DNA of 64,000 nucleotides from Takakia lepidozioides (Eukaryota; Plantae; Bryophyta): NCBI GenBank assembly GCA_030704615.1, contig CM060731.1, positions 49,786,001 to 49,850,000 of the forward strand, read 5' to 3'. Shown piece by piece: positions 63,552 to 64,000 of this stretch (position 1 is its first letter; each line of letters starts with the position of its first letter). The notes under the pieces were generated by a model. It saw only the letters and a program-made list of their open reading frames with translations, ran no database searches and was not told where the DNA came from. The position numbers and the translations under genes were made by a program.

Positions 63552-64000
63552 TGCAGTAGCAGCTGTCTGGTGAAGGTTGGAAATAATATAAGCACTCGCC
63601 CCAATAAGAGTGTTGGGAACTGGTCAGATGTCGATACTGGAACGGCACTTGATCCACCCCTTTCCCTTACACCAACTACTTCTTTCTTTCTAACGCACAC
63701 TTCGAGATTCAAGTTTTCCTCAGTCATGACAATGATAGAGACCTATAGCACATCTCTCGCACTCGAAGAAAGAGACAGACAGACAGACACAACGAGAAGA
63801 AAGAAAGGTAAGAGAGAAAGTATATGTCTCTGTGCGAGACTGCAAAGGTAGTTCTACAGATGCGACTTCGTCATCAGTCATGACTAAGAAAGAGAATGTG
63901 GCGATACTTCTCCACGCATGACACGGTGAAGCAGCAGACTCGAAAGAAGAGAGTGGAACCACAGACTCAATATGTAGGAGGTGAGCGTAATCAAGGATCG

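Overview
Nuclear DNA of a land plant, probably a non-seed plant (inferred from gene and transposon content; not proven). Host genes: an intact PLS-class PPR-DYW RNA-editing factor (+), a 5-exon GT47/exostosin (ARAD1-like) glycosyltransferase (-) whose 7.9-kb first intron holds a decayed RTE/RTEX-like LINE, a frameshifted and truncated tRNase Z (long form) pseudogene (-), and three tandem TPD1-like Cys-rich peptide domains (-). The centre is a chromovirus-type Ty3/gypsy LTR retrotransposon (26780-41415). A second, unusual 9.6-kb retroelement (29854-39440) sits inside its integrase gene, flanked by a 4-bp target-site duplication (TSD), TACC. This inner element encodes, in order, Gag with two zinc knuckles, aspartic protease, a DNMT3-like DNA cytosine-5 methyltransferase, relics of RT/RNase H, a DDE integrase and a PHD finger. 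It ends in split direct repeats (A...B-A-B) with a palindromic circle-junction-like joint rather than ordinary LTRs. It is the best candidate for a novel system, although this copy is decayed (stops, frameshifts, deletions). All calls were made by eye; no database searches were run.
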